From assembly GCA_031385045.1 (NCBI GenBank), contig JANNBC010000060.1, positions 1 through 64,000 on the forward strand: a stretch of DNA of 64,000 nt. The letters run 5' to 3'. The notes below the pieces were generated by a model. The model was not told the origin of the DNA. It saw only the letters and a list, made by a program, of their open reading frames with translations, and did no database searches. The number at the start of each line of letters is the position of its first letter. The stretch's first letter is position 1. Shown piece after piece: positions 31,092 through 42,457 of the stretch. This DNA comes from a bacterium (GTDB lineage: Bacteria; Bdellovibrionota_C; UBA2361; CALJRW01). Made by a program: the position numbers and the translations under genes.

Positions 31092-33209
31092 GTGTCAAGT
31101 AAAAACGCATTTTCAGATTTAAGTAAAGTAAGAAATATTGGTATCATGGCTCACATTGATGCTGGTAAGACTACAACTACTGAACGTATTCTCTATTATA
31201 CTGGTGTAAACTATAAGATTGGTGAAGTGCACGAAGGTGCTGCCACTATGGATTACATGGAATTAGAGCAGGAGCGCGGAATTACTATTACTTCTGCTGC
31301 AACTACTTGTAGCTGGTCTGGTTCAAATCTGCAGTACCCTGAACATCAAATCAATATCATTGACACTCCGGGTCACGTAGATTTTACAATCGAAGTAGAA
31401 AGAAGCTTGCGCGTACTAGATGGTGCTGTAGCAGTTTTTGATTCTGGTAATGGAGTAGAGCCACAGTCTGAAACTGTGTGGAGACAAGCAACTAAGTTTG
31501 GCGTTCCAAGAATTTGTTTCATTAACAAAATGGATAAAATTGGAGCTAATTTTAATAAAGCTACCCAATCAATCCGTGATCGCTTAATGGCGATTGCCGT
31601 TCCAGTTCAATTACCAATTGGCGCAGAATCTAGTCTTGTTGGTGTGATTGACCTTGTTGAGCAAAAAGCAATTATTTATGATGGGGAAACTCTTGGTGCT
31701 AAATATGAGTACAAAGAAATTCCTGATGACATGAAAGACGAAGCAGCTTCTGCTCGTGAGTATTTGTTTGAAGCGCTTGCTGAAACAAATGATGATTTCA
31801 TGGATAAGTACATTGCTGGTGATACTGCTAATGTTACTCCAGCAGAGCTTCGTAAGTTAATTCGTGATGCCACATTAACTTGTAAATTCTTCCCAGTTTT
31901 AGTTGGTAGCTCATTTAAGAATAAAGGTGTTCAGCCTTTACTTGATGCAGTTATTGACTACTTACCATCACCACTTGATGTTCCACCAGTAATGGGTTCT
32001 CCGCTTAATGCTAAGCCAGAAGAAATGGGAACAATCATGCGTAAGCCTGATATTAATGAGCCATTTGCAGCACTTGCCTTTAAGATTATTACTGACCCGT
32101 ACGTTGGGGTGTTAACATTCTTCCGAGTTTACTCTGGTAAAATCGAAGCTGGTACTCAGGTTCTTAACTCTACTCGTGGACAGAAAGAACGTATTGGTCG
32201 AATCATGAAGATTCATGCTGATAAGCGTGAAGACGTAAAAGAAATTTTTGCTGGTCACATTGCTGCGGCAGTAGGTCTTAAAGAAGTAATCACAGGGGAT
32301 ACTCTTTGCGAACTTGCTAACCCAGTAGTGTTAGAAACTATTAATGCTCCGGACCCAGTTATTAGTGTTGCAATTGAGCCAAAAACTAAATCTGATGAAG
32401 AGAAAATGGGTATGGCACTTTCTAAGTTAGCCAAAGAAGATCCATCTCTAAAATTAAGAACAGATCATGAAACTGGCCAAACGTTAATTGCTGGAATGGG
32501 TGAGTTACACCTAGATATCGTTCAACAACGATTGTTCCGTGAATTCAAAGTAGAAACAGTTACAGGGAAACCTCAGGTAGCATATCGCGAAGCATTACTT
32601 AAAAGTGTTGATCATAACTTCAGATATGCGAAGCAGTCTGGTGGTCGTGGACAGTTTGCTGAAGTTTATTTGAAACTTGAGCCACAAGAAAGAGGTTTTG
32701 GTTTTGAGTTTGTTGACTCAATTAAAGGTGGAACAATTCCGAAAGAATTTATCCAACCAGTTAAAACAGGTATTGTCGAAGCTATGGCTGGTGGTGTTTT
32801 AGCTGGCTTCCCAATTATCGATTTGAAAGCAACTCTTTATGATGGTAGCTTCCACGAAGTTGACTCCAGTGAGATGGCTTTCAAAATTTGTGGTTCAATC
32901 TGTTTTAAAGAAGGTTGTAACAAAGGGAAAATGGAATTGTTAGAGCCAATCATGGCAGTAGAAGTAATTTGCCCTGATGATTTCATTAGTAACATCGTCG
33001 GCGATTTAAACCGCAGACGTGCTAGAATTATGGGTATGGATCCTCGTGCTGGAGCTCAAGCAGTTAATGCTCAAGTTCCATTATCAGAGATGTTTGGTTA
33101 TTCCACAGACTTACGTTCAAGTTCACAAGGTCGTGCAACTTACACTATGGAATATAGCCATTACGACGCTGTACCTACAAATATTGCTGAAGGAATGGCT
33201 AAAAAATAA
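31092..33209 (+). CDS. fusA: Elongation factor G
   Basis: [33 protein letters not shown]. Confidence 0.99.
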   Translation: MSSKNAFSDLSKVRNIGIMAHIDAGKTTTTERILYYTGVNYKIGEVHEGAATMDYMELEQERGITITSAATTCSWSGSNLQYPEHQINIIDTPGHVDFTIEVERSLRVLDGAVAVFDSGNGVEPQSETVWRQATKFGVPRICFINKMDKIGANFNKATQSIRDRLMAIAVPVQLPIGAESSLVGVIDLVEQKAIIYDGETLGAKYEYKEIPDDMKDEAASAREYLFEALAETNDDFMDKYIAGDTANVTPAELRKLIRDATLTCKFFPVLVGSSFKNKGVQPLLDAVIDYLPSPLDVPPVMGSPLNAKPEEMGTIMRKPDINEPFAALAFKIITDPYVGVLTFFRVYSGKIEAGTQVLNSTRGQKERIGRIMKIHADKREDVKEIFAGHIAAAVGLKEVITGDTLCELANPVVLETINAPDPVISVAIEPKTKSDEEKMGMALSKLAKEDPSLKLRTDHETGQTLIAGMGELHLDIVQQRLFREFKVETVTGKPQVAYREALLKSVDHNFRYAKQSGGRGQFAEVYLKLEPQERGFGFEFVDSIKGGTIPKEFIQPVKTGIVEAMAGGVLAGFPIIDLKATLYDGSFHEVDSSEMAFKICGSICFKEGCNKGKMELLEPIMAVEVICPDDFISNIVGDLNRRRARIMGMDPRAGAQAVNAQVPLSEMFGYSTDLRSSSQGRATYTMEYSHYDAVPTNIAEGMAKK

Positions 33210-33332
33210 TTAACCTTATTTTTTGAGTAACTGCGTTATTCAAAAAAGGTTATGAATTAATTAGTTTTTCTTTATAATTTTAATTTCTGAATATTCAGAA
33301 ACGATTTTTTTAAACTTTTAGGAGTACTTAAA

Positions 33333-34538
33333 ATGGCCAAGGGCGAATTTAACCGTACAAAACCACACGTTAACGTGGGGACAATTGGTCACGTTGACCA
33401 CGGTAAAACTACATTAACTGCATCAATCACTAAGGTTCAGTCAGACAAAGGTCTTTGTGACTATGTTCCTTACGATAAAGTGGCAGCCGCAGATGAAACT
33501 GCTGGTCGTCGTGATGCTACAAAAATCATTACAATTTCATCTTCTCACGTAGAATATGAGACAGCTAGTCGTCACTATGCTCACGTAGACTGTCCAGGTC
33601 ACGCCGATTATGTAAAAAACATGATTACTGGTGCTGCTCAAATGGATGGAGCTATTCTTGTAGTAAGTGCTTCTGATGGACCTATGCCACAAACTCGTGA
33701 GCATATTCTTCTTGCTCGCCAAGTAGGGGTTCCAAAGATTGTTGTTTTCCTTAATAAAGTAGACACAGTTGATGATGAAGAGCTACTAGATCTTGTAGAA
33801 ATGGAAGTTCGTGACTTATTAAATGAGTACGGATTCCCAGGTGATGACACTCCAATCGTTCGTGGTTCTGCGCTTAAAGCGATCCAAGGTGATACTAGTG
33901 CAATCGGCGTTGCTTCTATCGATAAATTGATGGAAACAATTGATACTTTTATTCCAATTCCAGAGCGTTCTGTTGATTTACCTTTCTTGTTACCGATTGA
34001 AGACGTGTTCTCAATTGAAGGACGAGGAACTGTAGCAACTGGCCGTATCGAAAGAGGAAAAATTAAGACTGGTGAAGAAATTGAAATCATCGGATTAATG
34101 CCAACTAAAAAAACTACTTGTACAGGTGTTGAGATGTTCCAAAAAACTCTTAACGAAGGTCAAGCAGGGGACAACGTTGGTATGTTACTTCGTGGATTTA
34201 AAAGAAATGAAGTTGAGCGTGGCCAAGTAATTGCTAAGCCAGGTTCAATCACTCCGCATACTAAGTTTAAAGCCGAAGCCTACATCTTGAAAAAAGAAGA
34301 AGGTGGACGTCATAAGCCGTTCTTTACTGGATACCGTCCTCAGTTCTACTTCAGAACTACTGACGTAACTGGTACTTTGAACTTGGCAGCTGGTGTTGAA
34401 ATGGCTATGCCAGGGGACAACGTTGCATTAGATGTTGAACTTCATAAGCCAATCGCTCTAGAGAAACAAGTGCGTTTTGCTATCCGTGAAGGTGGCCGAA
34501 CTGTAGGTTCTGGAGTTGTTACTGAAATTACTGAATAG
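33333..34538 (+). CDS. tuf: Elongation factor Tu (variant switch I)
   Basis: [35 protein letters not shown]. Confidence 0.99.
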   Translation: MAKGEFNRTKPHVNVGTIGHVDHGKTTLTASITKVQSDKGLCDYVPYDKVAAADETAGRRDATKIITISSSHVEYETASRHYAHVDCPGHADYVKNMITGAAQMDGAILVVSASDGPMPQTREHILLARQVGVPKIVVFLNKVDTVDDEELLDLVEMEVRDLLNEYGFPGDDTPIVRGSALKAIQGDTSAIGVASIDKLMETIDTFIPIPERSVDLPFLLPIEDVFSIEGRGTVATGRIERGKIKTGEEIEIIGLMPTKKTTCTGVEMFQKTLNEGQAGDNVGMLLRGFKRNEVERGQVIAKPGSITPHTKFKAEAYILKKEEGGRHKPFFTGYRPQFYFRTTDVTGTLNLAAGVEMAMPGDNVALDVELHKPIALEKQVRFAIREGGRTVGSGVVTEITE

Positions 34539-34550
34539 TAGTTTCAAAAC

Positions 34551-34592
34551 AGTATCTTGTGGCTATTAATTTAGTCACAAGATACTTATTTT
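34551..34592 (+). terminator. Strong hairpin between tuf and rpsJ (possible terminator/attenuator)
   Basis: agtatcttgtggcta/tagtcacaagatact then tatttt. Confidence 0.5.
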
Positions 34593-34670
34593 GCCCATAA
34601 TTATTGGGTCTTAGCTAAGAAGCACACTACAATAGTAAGAGTTTCCGATGGCAATACAAAGAGAAAAAAT

Positions 34671-34994
34671 ATGTTAGGAAATCAAAAGATTCGAATTAAA
34701 CTTAAAGGTTACAACAGTAAGCAAGTTACAGGTGCGATCGAGGAGATTGTACAAACTGTTCGTCGTTCAGGCGGTAGAGTTGCTGGGCCAATCCCATTTC
34801 CAACTCACATTAAAAAGATTACTGTTCAGCGTTCTACATTCGTCGATAAAAAATCTCGTGATCAGTTTGAGATTCGAACGCACAAAAGAATGTTAGATAT
34901 CTTAGAGCCAACTCAACAAACAATTGATGAGTTAAGTAAGTTAGAGCTATCAACAGGATTAAATGTTGAAATTAAATTATTAGCATCAGCCTAA
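34671..34994 (+). CDS. rpsJ: 30S ribosomal protein S10
   Basis: [21 protein letters not shown]. Confidence 0.97.
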   Translation: MLGNQKIRIKLKGYNSKQVTGAIEEIVQTVRRSGGRVAGPIPFPTHIKKITVQRSTFVDKKSRDQFEIRTHKRMLDILEPTQQTIDELSKLELSTGLNVEIKLLASA

Positions 34995-35033
34995 GAATAA
35001 AGAAGATTATAAAAGAGAGCAAAGGAGTTTGTT

Positions 35034-35753
35034 ATGACAACCAAAAGAATTTTTCCAGAAGGTCTAATCGGGCGCAAGCTTGGAATGACCCAAGTTTTCG
35101 ATGAAGAAGGCGCAATCGTTCCAGTTACAATCCTAGAAATGGGACCTAACGTAATCTTGGAAGTACTTAACTCAGAACGCAATGGATACAATGCAGTGCA
35201 GTTGGGATTTGCTCCTAAAAAAGCACAGCGTGTAAGCAAGCCTGAGATGGGTCAGTTTAACAAAGCTGGGAAAGGTGCATTCTATTGCGTACGTGAAATG
35301 CGTTGCGACGTGGAAACTTTAGGCTGGAATGCTCTAGGACAAGAGTTAAACGTTGATGATGTTTTCATTGATAATGAATTTGTTGATGTTACAGGAACAA
35401 GTCTTGGTCGTGGCTTTGCTGGTGTGTTCAAAAGACATCATATGAAAGGTCAGCCAATGACTCGTGGTACTCACGAAGTTCGCCGTCACACAGGATCTAT
35501 TGGTATGCGTAAAACTCCAGGTCGAGTATTCAAAAACCAAAGAATGCCGGGTCACATGGGGAATGCTCGTGTAACTATCCAAAACTTGAAAGTTTTTTCA
35601 GTTCGTCCAGAAGAAGGTTTAATCTTAGTACGTGGAAATGTACCAGGACCTAAAGGATGTTTCGTTGAAGTAAGAAAATCAATTAAGTCATTTAAGGGAA
35701 CTGTAAAAAGAGCCCCAAAGACTGCTCCAGAGACTAACCAGGAAGCAGTATAG
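35034..35753 (+). CDS. rplC: 50S ribosomal protein L3
   Basis: KLGMTQVF, GRGFAGV.KRH, MPGHMG. Confidence 0.98.
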   Translation: MTTKRIFPEGLIGRKLGMTQVFDEEGAIVPVTILEMGPNVILEVLNSERNGYNAVQLGFAPKKAQRVSKPEMGQFNKAGKGAFYCVREMRCDVETLGWNALGQELNVDDVFIDNEFVDVTGTSLGRGFAGVFKRHHMKGQPMTRGTHEVRRHTGSIGMRKTPGRVFKNQRMPGHMGNARVTIQNLKVFSVRPEEGLILVRGNVPGPKGCFVEVRKSIKSFKGTVKRAPKTAPETNQEAV

Positions 35754-35778
35754 TTAGAATTATTTATAAGGGATTAAA

Positions 35779-36456
35779 GTGAACAACGATATTAAATATA
35801 ATTTAGTTGATACCAAGGGCAAAGCCGCTGGGGATGTTTCTCTAGACGCTGGTGTTTTTGGAGTTGAAGTTGATGCTAGCATCTTGCACCAAGTAGTACG
35901 TTGGCAGTTAGCTAAGCGTCGTGCTGGTACACATGCTACTAAAAACTTAGCTAAAACAGATAACAACAAGAAAAAGCCTTACAAGCAAAAAGGTACTGGA
36001 CGTGCTCGTGCTGGTTCGCGCTACGCTACAAACAGAGTAGGCGGAGCTGTTGCTCATGGTCCACAACCACATGGTTATGACTATAAGATTAATCGTAAAG
36101 TAAAAAGAGCAGCTGTCGCTGGTGCTTTAAGTGAAAAGTGTCAACAAAAGAGCCTTTGTATTGTTAAGGATTTGGCAATTGCTACTCCAAAAACTAAAGA
36201 AATGCAGGTAATGATTGAAGCTCTTAAGAATAACGCTAAAAAAGTTTTAGTTGTTATTAGCTCAAGTGATGCTTGTCGTGAGAAAGAAACACAAATGACT
36301 TTAGCTGGAAGAAATATTCAGAACTTGAAATTCATCGCTGTTAGTGGCTTGAATGCTTATGACGTCTTAAATGCTGATTGCTTAGTATTTGACCAAGATT
36401 GTTTACCACTGATTTCAGAAAAAGTTTTAGGAGTTTCTGAGGCAGTAGCTGCTTAG
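35779..36456 (+). CDS. rplD: 50S ribosomal protein L4
   Basis: QKGTGRARAGS; synteny. Confidence 0.97.
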   Translation: MNNDIKYNLVDTKGKAAGDVSLDAGVFGVEVDASILHQVVRWQLAKRRAGTHATKNLAKTDNNKKKPYKQKGTGRARAGSRYATNRVGGAVAHGPQPHGYDYKINRKVKRAAVAGALSEKCQQKSLCIVKDLAIATPKTKEMQVMIEALKNNAKKVLVVISSSDACREKETQMTLAGRNIQNLKFIAVSGLNAYDVLNADCLVFDQDCLPLISEKVLGVSEAVAA

Positions 36457-36605
36457 TTTTTTAAGCTTGGCTTTTAAAATCCTGGATTTATCCAGGTTTT
36501 AATGCCTAAAAACAAAAAATATAGTAAACCATACCAAGAATTTCAAAAGTTTAGAGATTCTTTTTTGGGTTACTATGAAAGTTACTTATAATTTAGGATA
36601 TAGAA

Positions 36606-36935
36606 ATGGCAATTAAAAAGAAAGAAGAAGTTATCAAGCCAAAATTAAAAGATTATCAAATAATCATTGCACCATTTATCACTGAGAAATCAGCGAACGT
36701 TGGTGGAAAAGATTATTCTGGTGTTGTGCTTAAGGTTGACCGACGCGCTTCTAAGTTAGATGTGAAAGAAGCTGTAGAGAAGATCTTTAAAGTAGAAGTT
36801 GCTAACGTTAGAACTTGTAACTACATCGGTAAATTAAAGAGAAGTGGACGTTCATCAGGACGACGCGCCGCATACAAAAAGGCTTATGTAAATTTGAAGC
36901 CTGGCTTTGAGATGAACATTTTTGAAGGACTATAA
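36606..36935 (+). CDS. rplW: 50S ribosomal protein L23
   Basis: [20 protein letters not shown]. Confidence 0.96.
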   Translation: MAIKKKEEVIKPKLKDYQIIIAPFITEKSANVGGKDYSGVVLKVDRRASKLDVKEAVEKIFKVEVANVRTCNYIGKLKRSGRSSGRRAAYKKAYVNLKPGFEMNIFEGL

Positions 36936-36949
36936 GAGGACTAAAGACA

Positions 36950-37771
36950 ATGGCAGTTAAAAAATATAACCCAACTTCCCCAGCAAGAAGATTCTTAACA
37001 GTAGTTGATAACTCGGACCTTAGCAAAGTAGCTCCGATGAAATCTTTGCTACAAGTTAAGAAGAAATTTGGTGGACGTAATAACCAAGGACGCACTACAA
37101 ATATTAATAAAGGTGGTGGATGTAAACAGAAGTACCGATTAATTGATTTTGCTCGTAGCAAAAGAGATGTTCTGGGAACAGTTGCAACTATTGAGTATGA
37201 TCCAAACCGTTCTGCTCGTATCGCTTTGATTCATTACGTTGATGGTGACAAGAGATATATTCTTGCTCCTGATAAAATGACAGTTGGTCATAAAGTACAA
37301 GCTGGTGAGTCTGCTCCAATTGAAATTGGTAACAGTTTGCCACTTCGCAATATCCCAACAGGTCAAGAGATTCATGCAATTGAATTAAAGATCGGTGCTG
37401 GTGCTAAGTTAGTTCGCTCTGCTGGACTTTCTGCTCAGCTTTTGGCTAAGGAAGGTGAATATGCTACTCTGCGCATGCCTTCTGGTGAAATGCGTAAAAT
37501 CCACTTAAGTTGCTATGCAACTATTGGAAAAGTAAGCAATTCTGACCATAAAAACGTTACTATTGGTAAGGCTGGAAGATCTCGTATGTTAGGTCGACGT
37601 CCTCATAACCGTGGTATCAGTAAGAACCCAGTCGATCACCCAATGGGTGGTAGAACAAATGGTGGTAAGCACCCATGTTCGCCAACTGGTAAGAATGCTA
37701 AAGGTCTTAAAACAAGACATAACAAGCTTACTAACAAATTTATTATTAAACGTCGCGTTAAGAAAAAATAG
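36950..37771 (+). CDS. rplB: 50S ribosomal protein L2
   Basis: [19 protein letters not shown]. Confidence 0.99.
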   Translation: MAVKKYNPTSPARRFLTVVDNSDLSKVAPMKSLLQVKKKFGGRNNQGRTTNINKGGGCKQKYRLIDFARSKRDVLGTVATIEYDPNRSARIALIHYVDGDKRYILAPDKMTVGHKVQAGESAPIEIGNSLPLRNIPTGQEIHAIELKIGAGAKLVRSAGLSAQLLAKEGEYATLRMPSGEMRKIHLSCYATIGKVSNSDHKNVTIGKAGRSRMLGRRPHNRGISKNPVDHPMGGRTNGGKHPCSPTGKNAKGLKTRHNKLTNKFIIKRRVKKK

Positions 37772-37919
37772 ACCAGCGTTTAATATAACAAGGTAATGTT
37801 TATTCATTACTAGCCGAGCTAATAAAATTAGGTCGGTGTCGCAAACACAATAGTGAACCTAATTAAAAACTAGTTAATGTGTTTGTATTTTTCAAGTTCA
37901 CTAAATTTAGGAGACTACA

Positions 37920-38195
37920 ATGCCAAGATCGTTAAAGAAAGGATTTTATGTTCAACCATGTTTACAAAAATGGTTAGATCGTTTGAAGGATGGAACTTAT
38001 AAGGGCCCAGTTAAGACTTGGTCACGTCGTTCGACAATTACTCCAGATATGATTGGTGTGAACTTTATGGTTCATAACGGGAAGAAGTTTATTCCAGTGT
38101 TTGTTTCTGGTGACATGGTTGGTCACAAACTTGGAGAGTTTTCTCCAACAAGAACTTTTCATAACCACCCGGCTAAAGCTGGCGGTAAAAAATAA
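37920..38195 (+). CDS. rpsS: 30S ribosomal protein S19
   Basis: [16 protein letters not shown]. Confidence 0.98.
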   Translation: MPRSLKKGFYVQPCLQKWLDRLKDGTYKGPVKTWSRRSTITPDMIGVNFMVHNGKKFIPVFVSGDMVGHKLGEFSPTRTFHNHPAKAGGKK

Positions 38196-38222
38196 TTTTG
38201 AGTTTAAGTATAGAGAGGCGTT

Positions 38223-38600
38223 ATGGCTGTTAAGCAGAATGTTAAGAAAATTAGAAATAAGGTTGTAGAAGTGATTGCTTCTGCTACTTTAAAAGGCGCT
38301 AAAGTATCTCCGCGTAAGACTAGATTAGTAGTTGATATGGTGCGTGATATGCAGGTAGAGAATGCTTTAAATACTCTAAGCTATAGTACTCAAAAGCGTG
38401 CTGAAATTGTTCGCAAAGTTCTACAGTCAGCTATTTATAATGCTAAAGAGAAAGGTGCTGATGTTGATGATCTATGGGTTGTTGGAGCTTGGGTTGATGA
38501 AGGCACTGTAATGATGCGTTTTAAGCCACGTGCTCGTGGTTCTGCTTTCCCAATCAGAAAGCGTTCTTCGCATATTACCTTTCAAGTAGGTAAAGTTTAA
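38223..38600 (+). CDS. rplV: 50S ribosomal protein L22
   Basis: SPRK.RLV, PRARG, KRSSHIT. Confidence 0.97.
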   Translation: MAVKQNVKKIRNKVVEVIASATLKGAKVSPRKTRLVVDMVRDMQVENALNTLSYSTQKRAEIVRKVLQSAIYNAKEKGADVDDLWVVGAWVDEGTVMMRFKPRARGSAFPIRKRSSHITFQVGKV

Positions 38601-38726
38601 GTAAATATTAATTAAATGAAGGCAAAATATTGCTTTTAATTCAATAATATTTTAATATTACGACCCCTTGGACTGTAAATTGGGGTCATAAGTTAGGAAA
38701 AATTTTTAAAAAAATTGTAAACAATT

Positions 38727-39395
38727 ATGGGACAGAAAGTAAATCCGAAGGGAATTAGACTTGGTATTATTAACACATGGTCTTCTCGTTGGTATTCAGA
38801 CAAGAAAGAATACGGTAAATTTATCGGTGAAGATATTAAAATCCGTAAATATGTCGAAGATAAATTAAGTGCTGCTTCAATTTCTAAAATTGAGATTGAA
38901 AGAGCTGCTGCTCGCCTAAGAGTTATTATTCATTCTGCCAAGCCTGGTTTGGTTATTGGTAAGAAGGGAAAAGATATTGATGATCTACGAACGAAACTAC
39001 GTAATTTAGTAAATAGAGAAGTTAGCTTAAACATTGTGGAAACACGTAAGGCTGATTCTAACGCTCAGATTTTATCTGAACACGTTTCTTCTCAAATTAA
39101 GAGACGTATCAATTATCGTCGTGCTGCTAAAGATGCAATTTCTAAAGCCATGAGAATGGGTGCTGAAGGTGTGAAGGTTGCTGTCTCTGGACGATTAAAT
39201 GGTGCTGATATTGCCCGTACGGAATTTTATAAAGAAGGAAGAATTCCACTTCATACATTCCGTGCTGATATTGAATATGCAACTGCTCGTTCACAAACTA
39301 CTTACGGTGTAGTTGGTATTAAAGTTTGGGTGTTCAAAGGTGAGAAATTTGCTCCAGGTGAGGAAGTTTCTATGGAAGCAATGCAACAATTATAA
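38727..39395 (+). CDS. rpsC: 30S ribosomal protein S3
   Basis: MGQKVNP, SGRLNGADIAR, PLHTFRADI. Confidence 0.99.
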   Translation: MGQKVNPKGIRLGIINTWSSRWYSDKKEYGKFIGEDIKIRKYVEDKLSAASISKIEIERAAARLRVIIHSAKPGLVIGKKGKDIDDLRTKLRNLVNREVSLNIVETRKADSNAQILSEHVSSQIKRRINYRRAAKDAISKAMRMGAEGVKVAVSGRLNGADIARTEFYKEGRIPLHTFRADIEYATARSQTTYGVVGIKVWVFKGEKFAPGEEVSMEAMQQL

Positions 39396-39426
39396 TTACA
39401 AGATTACTTAATTAAAGGACTGAGAA

Positions 39427-39852
39427 ATGTTATCTCCAAAAAAAGTTAAATATCGAAAACAGCATAAGCAAGTAAGACATATTCTTCAAAATGCTACTCG
39501 TGGAATTAAATTATCTCACGGTAACTATGGAGTTATGGCTCTTGAGCCAGCTTGGGCAAGTAACCGCGTTCTAGAAGCAGGACGTGTTGCAATTGCTAGA
39601 ACTGCTAAGCGTGGTGGTAAACTTTGGATGAAAGTATTTCCAGATAAGCCATTAACTAGAAAGCCTGCTGAAGTTCGTATGGGTAAAGGTAAGGGTTCTC
39701 AGGAAGCTTGGGTTGCCGAGATTCAAGCTGGTCGTATTGTATACGAACTAACTGGTGTGGATCGTGCAACTGCAATCGAAGCGTATAAATTATGTGCTTC
39801 TAAGATGCCATTTAAGTGCAAATTTGTTGAGTTAAAAGACACTATTTTATAG
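39427..39852 (+). CDS. rplP: 50S ribosomal protein L16
   Basis: [18 protein letters not shown]. Confidence 0.98.
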   Translation: MLSPKKVKYRKQHKQVRHILQNATRGIKLSHGNYGVMALEPAWASNRVLEAGRVAIARTAKRGGKLWMKVFPDKPLTRKPAEVRMGKGKGSQEAWVAEIQAGRIVYELTGVDRATAIEAYKLCASKMPFKCKFVELKDTIL

Positions 39853-39857
39853 TAGGA

Positions 39858-40064
39858 ATGATCATGAAGAAAAAAGAATTTTTAGAAAAAATGGCTGGAA
39901 TGGACTTAGCTGGTTTACACCAAGAGTTACATGCCAAAGCTGATGAGATTTTAAAGTTACGTATTAGACATGCTTCTAATCAATTAGAGACTCCTCATCG
40001 TATTCGTGCTGAGCGTAAGAATTATGCTCGTATTCTGACTTTAAAGAATAAGCAAAAGAACTAG
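39858..40064 (+). CDS. rpmC: 50S ribosomal protein L29
   Basis: QLE.PHRIR..RK..ARILT; synteny. Confidence 0.93.
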   Translation: MIMKKKEFLEKMAGMDLAGLHQELHAKADEILKLRIRHASNQLETPHRIRAERKNYARILTLKNKQKN

Positions 40065-40090
40065 GAAGGCATTAAGATAATTATAGAGAT

Positions 40091-40363
40091 ATGAATATGG
40101 AAACTAAAACAGCAGTTAAAAAGTTTAAACAAGGGCACGTAGTTAGCAACAAGATGGAAAAAACAGTTGTTGTCGCTATCGTAACTAAAGTTAAAGACAA
40201 AAGCTATGGTAAGTATGTTAAAAAAACTCACAAGTTTTTTGCTCATGATGCCAAGAACGTTTGTCAGATTGGTGATATCGTTGAGATTATGGAAACTCGT
40301 CCGATGAGCAAAAATAAGAACTGGATTGTTTCTAAGATTGTTGCCAAGTCGATTGCTGAATAA
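40091..40363 (+). CDS. rpsQ: 30S ribosomal protein S17
   Basis: VVSNKMEKTVVV, AHD, ETRPMSK. Confidence 0.97.
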   Translation: MNMETKTAVKKFKQGHVVSNKMEKTVVVAIVTKVKDKSYGKYVKKTHKFFAHDAKNVCQIGDIVEIMETRPMSKNKNWIVSKIVAKSIAE

Positions 40364-40396
40364 TTTGGCTGAATAATTTAATTTAAAGATAAAAAA

Positions 40397-40771
40397 ATGA
40401 TCATTCCAAAAAGTAGATTAACAGTAGCTGATAACTCTGGAGCTAAGAAATTAGTTTGTATCGGTATTCCTGGTAGTACTAAAAAGAGATGTGCAACAAT
40501 TGGTGATATCATCCGAGTCGCTGTGAAAGAAGCTTCTCCAACTTCCAGTATCAAAAAAGGTGATGTTAAAAGAGCAGTTATCGTTAGAACTAAAAAAGCA
40601 GTTCGTCGTAAGGACGGGTCTTATTTAAGATTCGATGAGAATAGCGCTGTTATTTTAAATAGTGACAAAGATAAAGACCCAATGGGAACTCGTATTTTCG
40701 GACCTGTTGCTCGTGAATTAAGAGCATTAGGATTTATGAAGATCGTGTCTTTGGCTCCAGAAGTTTTATAG
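40397..40771 (+). CDS. rplN: 50S ribosomal protein L14
   Basis: [20 protein letters not shown]. Confidence 0.99.
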   Translation: MIIPKSRLTVADNSGAKKLVCIGIPGSTKKRCATIGDIIRVAVKEASPTSSIKKGDVKRAVIVRTKKAVRRKDGSYLRFDENSAVILNSDKDKDPMGTRIFGPVARELRALGFMKIVSLAPEVL

Positions 40772-40786
40772 TTTAAGTAGGTTAAT

Positions 40787-41194
40787 ATGCCAGCTAAGAA
40801 AATACACAAAAAATTAAGAAGCAATGTCCCAGCTCCTAGCCGTGCAATCAGCACGAAGTTAAAAGTTGGTGATTTAGTAATGGTTATTGCCGGTGGTAAT
40901 TCTGAGAAGAGAGCCAATGTCGGTAAAACTGGAAGAATCAAGAGCTTTGGCGGATTTAACCGTGAGCGTGTGATTGTTGAAGGACTTAACTTATTTACTA
41001 AACATAAGCGTCAAACTTCCATGCAAGATAAAGCAGGGAAGATCATGATTGAAGCTCCAATTCATATCTCTAACGTAATGTATTATGTTGAGAAAATTGC
41101 GGCTCCAGTAAAGCTTAAGACAAAAGTCTTAGCTGATGGTAAGAAAGTTCGTGGCTACAACAGCCCGAAAGACAATGAATTTGTCCAAATTTAA
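40787..41194 (+). CDS. rplX: 50S ribosomal protein L24
   Basis: [23 protein letters not shown]. Confidence 0.96.
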   Translation: MPAKKIHKKLRSNVPAPSRAISTKLKVGDLVMVIAGGNSEKRANVGKTGRIKSFGGFNRERVIVEGLNLFTKHKRQTSMQDKAGKIMIEAPIHISNVMYYVEKIAAPVKLKTKVLADGKKVRGYNSPKDNEFVQI

Positions 41195-41214
41195 GCAGTA
41201 TATATTATAAAGTC

Positions 41215-41769
41215 ATGTCTACTATAAAGAAAAAATATATTGAAGAAGTTGCTCCGGCACTTAAAGAACAGTTTAAGTACAAATCTGTTATGCAAATTCC
41301 AAAGTTGCAGAAGATTGTTCTTAACGCTGGTGTTGGTGAAGCTGCAATGAACAGTAAAGCTATTGAGAACGTTGTTTATGCGATGACTCAGATTGCTGCT
41401 CAAAAGCCAATCGTTACTAAAGCGAAAAAATCAATTTCTAACTTCAAGCTTCGTCAAGGGATGCCAATTGGTTGTGCAGTAACTCTACGTGGAAAGGGTA
41501 TGTATGATTTTCTTGAGCGTTTAATTGTTGTTGCTTTACCTCGAGTTCGTGACTTTCGTGGTGTTCCAACACGCGGATTTGATGGAAGAGGGAATTACAC
41601 AATGGGAATGAAAGAACAAACAGTATTCCCTGAAGTTGATTCAGATAAATTAGATAAAATTCGTGGACTTGATGTCACTTTTGTTACTACTGCTAGTACT
41701 AATGAAGAAGCACAGGCCTTACTTGCCAATTTAGGCTTACCGTTTAGAAAAGATAAAATTAACAACTAG
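41215..41769 (+). CDS. rplE: 50S ribosomal protein L5
   Basis: [16 protein letters not shown]. Confidence 0.99.
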   Translation: MSTIKKKYIEEVAPALKEQFKYKSVMQIPKLQKIVLNAGVGEAAMNSKAIENVVYAMTQIAAQKPIVTKAKKSISNFKLRQGMPIGCAVTLRGKGMYDFLERLIVVALPRVRDFRGVPTRGFDGRGNYTMGMKEQTVFPEVDSDKLDKIRGLDVTFVTTASTNEEAQALLANLGLPFRKDKINN

Positions 41770-41777
41770 GAGTTTTC

Positions 41778-41963
41778 GTGGCTAAAAAATCATTAATTAA
41801 TAAATGTAACAGCAAACCTAAGTTTGAAGTTCAAGCTTATAATCGTTGCCAGGCATGTGGTCGTTCTCGCGCAGTACTAAGACATTTTAAACTTTGTCGT
41901 ATTTGCTTTAGAGAAATGGCCTGCCAAGGACTGTTACCAGGAGTAACTAAGTCTAGTTGGTAA
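41778..41963 (+). CDS. rpsN: 30S ribosomal protein S14, short zinc-binding type
   Basis: 61 aa; CQACGR...LCRICFRE. Confidence 0.97.
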   Translation: MAKKSLINKCNSKPKFEVQAYNRCQACGRSRAVLRHFKLCRICFREMACQGLLPGVTKSSW

Positions 41964-42054
41964 ACAACTAACATGACAACTTAGGAGTTAGTGATTCCTA
42001 AGAATGTTTAAGAATTAACTTTAAAAATCACTAGCAAGAGTTTGGAGAGACAAA

Positions 42055-42453
42055 ATGATTAACGATACAATTGCAGATTTATTAACAAGAATCAGAAATG
42101 CTCAGATGGCTAAGCATGAGACAGTGTTAGTTCCTGCTACAAAAATGAGCAAGAATGTTTTGGACGTACTAGTCGCCGAAGGATTTATTGGTAATGTGGA
42201 AGAAAGACAAGGTGATAATGGCTTCCCAAAGTACCATGTTCAATTAAAGTTTTATGCTGATGGAGAGCCTTTAATCAACTCTCTAAAAAGAGTTAGCAAG
42301 CCTGGTTGCCGTGTTTACAAACGCGTTCAAGATTTGGAAAAAATCAAGAGTGGTATGGGCGTAGCAATTATCAGTACTTCTCAAGGTGTTTTCTCTGATC
42401 GTGAAGCGCGATTAAGAAATATCGGTGGTGAAATTTTAGCAATCATTGGATAG
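42055..42453 (+). CDS. rpsH: 30S ribosomal protein S8
   Basis: DTIADLLTRIRNA, SKPG.RVY, GGE. Confidence 0.98.
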   Translation: MINDTIADLLTRIRNAQMAKHETVLVPATKMSKNVLDVLVAEGFIGNVEERQGDNGFPKYHVQLKFYADGEPLINSLKRVSKPGCRVYKRVQDLEKIKSGMGVAIISTSQGVFSDREARLRNIGGEILAIIG

Positions 42454-42457
42454 TAGA

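Noticed and set aside
33638..34090. 150-aa antisense ORF in tuf, and similar shadow ORFs across rpoBC and r-protein genes
   Set aside because: Expected from the codon bias of highly expressed genes; no independent signals.
34830..34841. S10 loop RSTF instead of RSPH
   Set aside because: This loop varies naturally across lineages.
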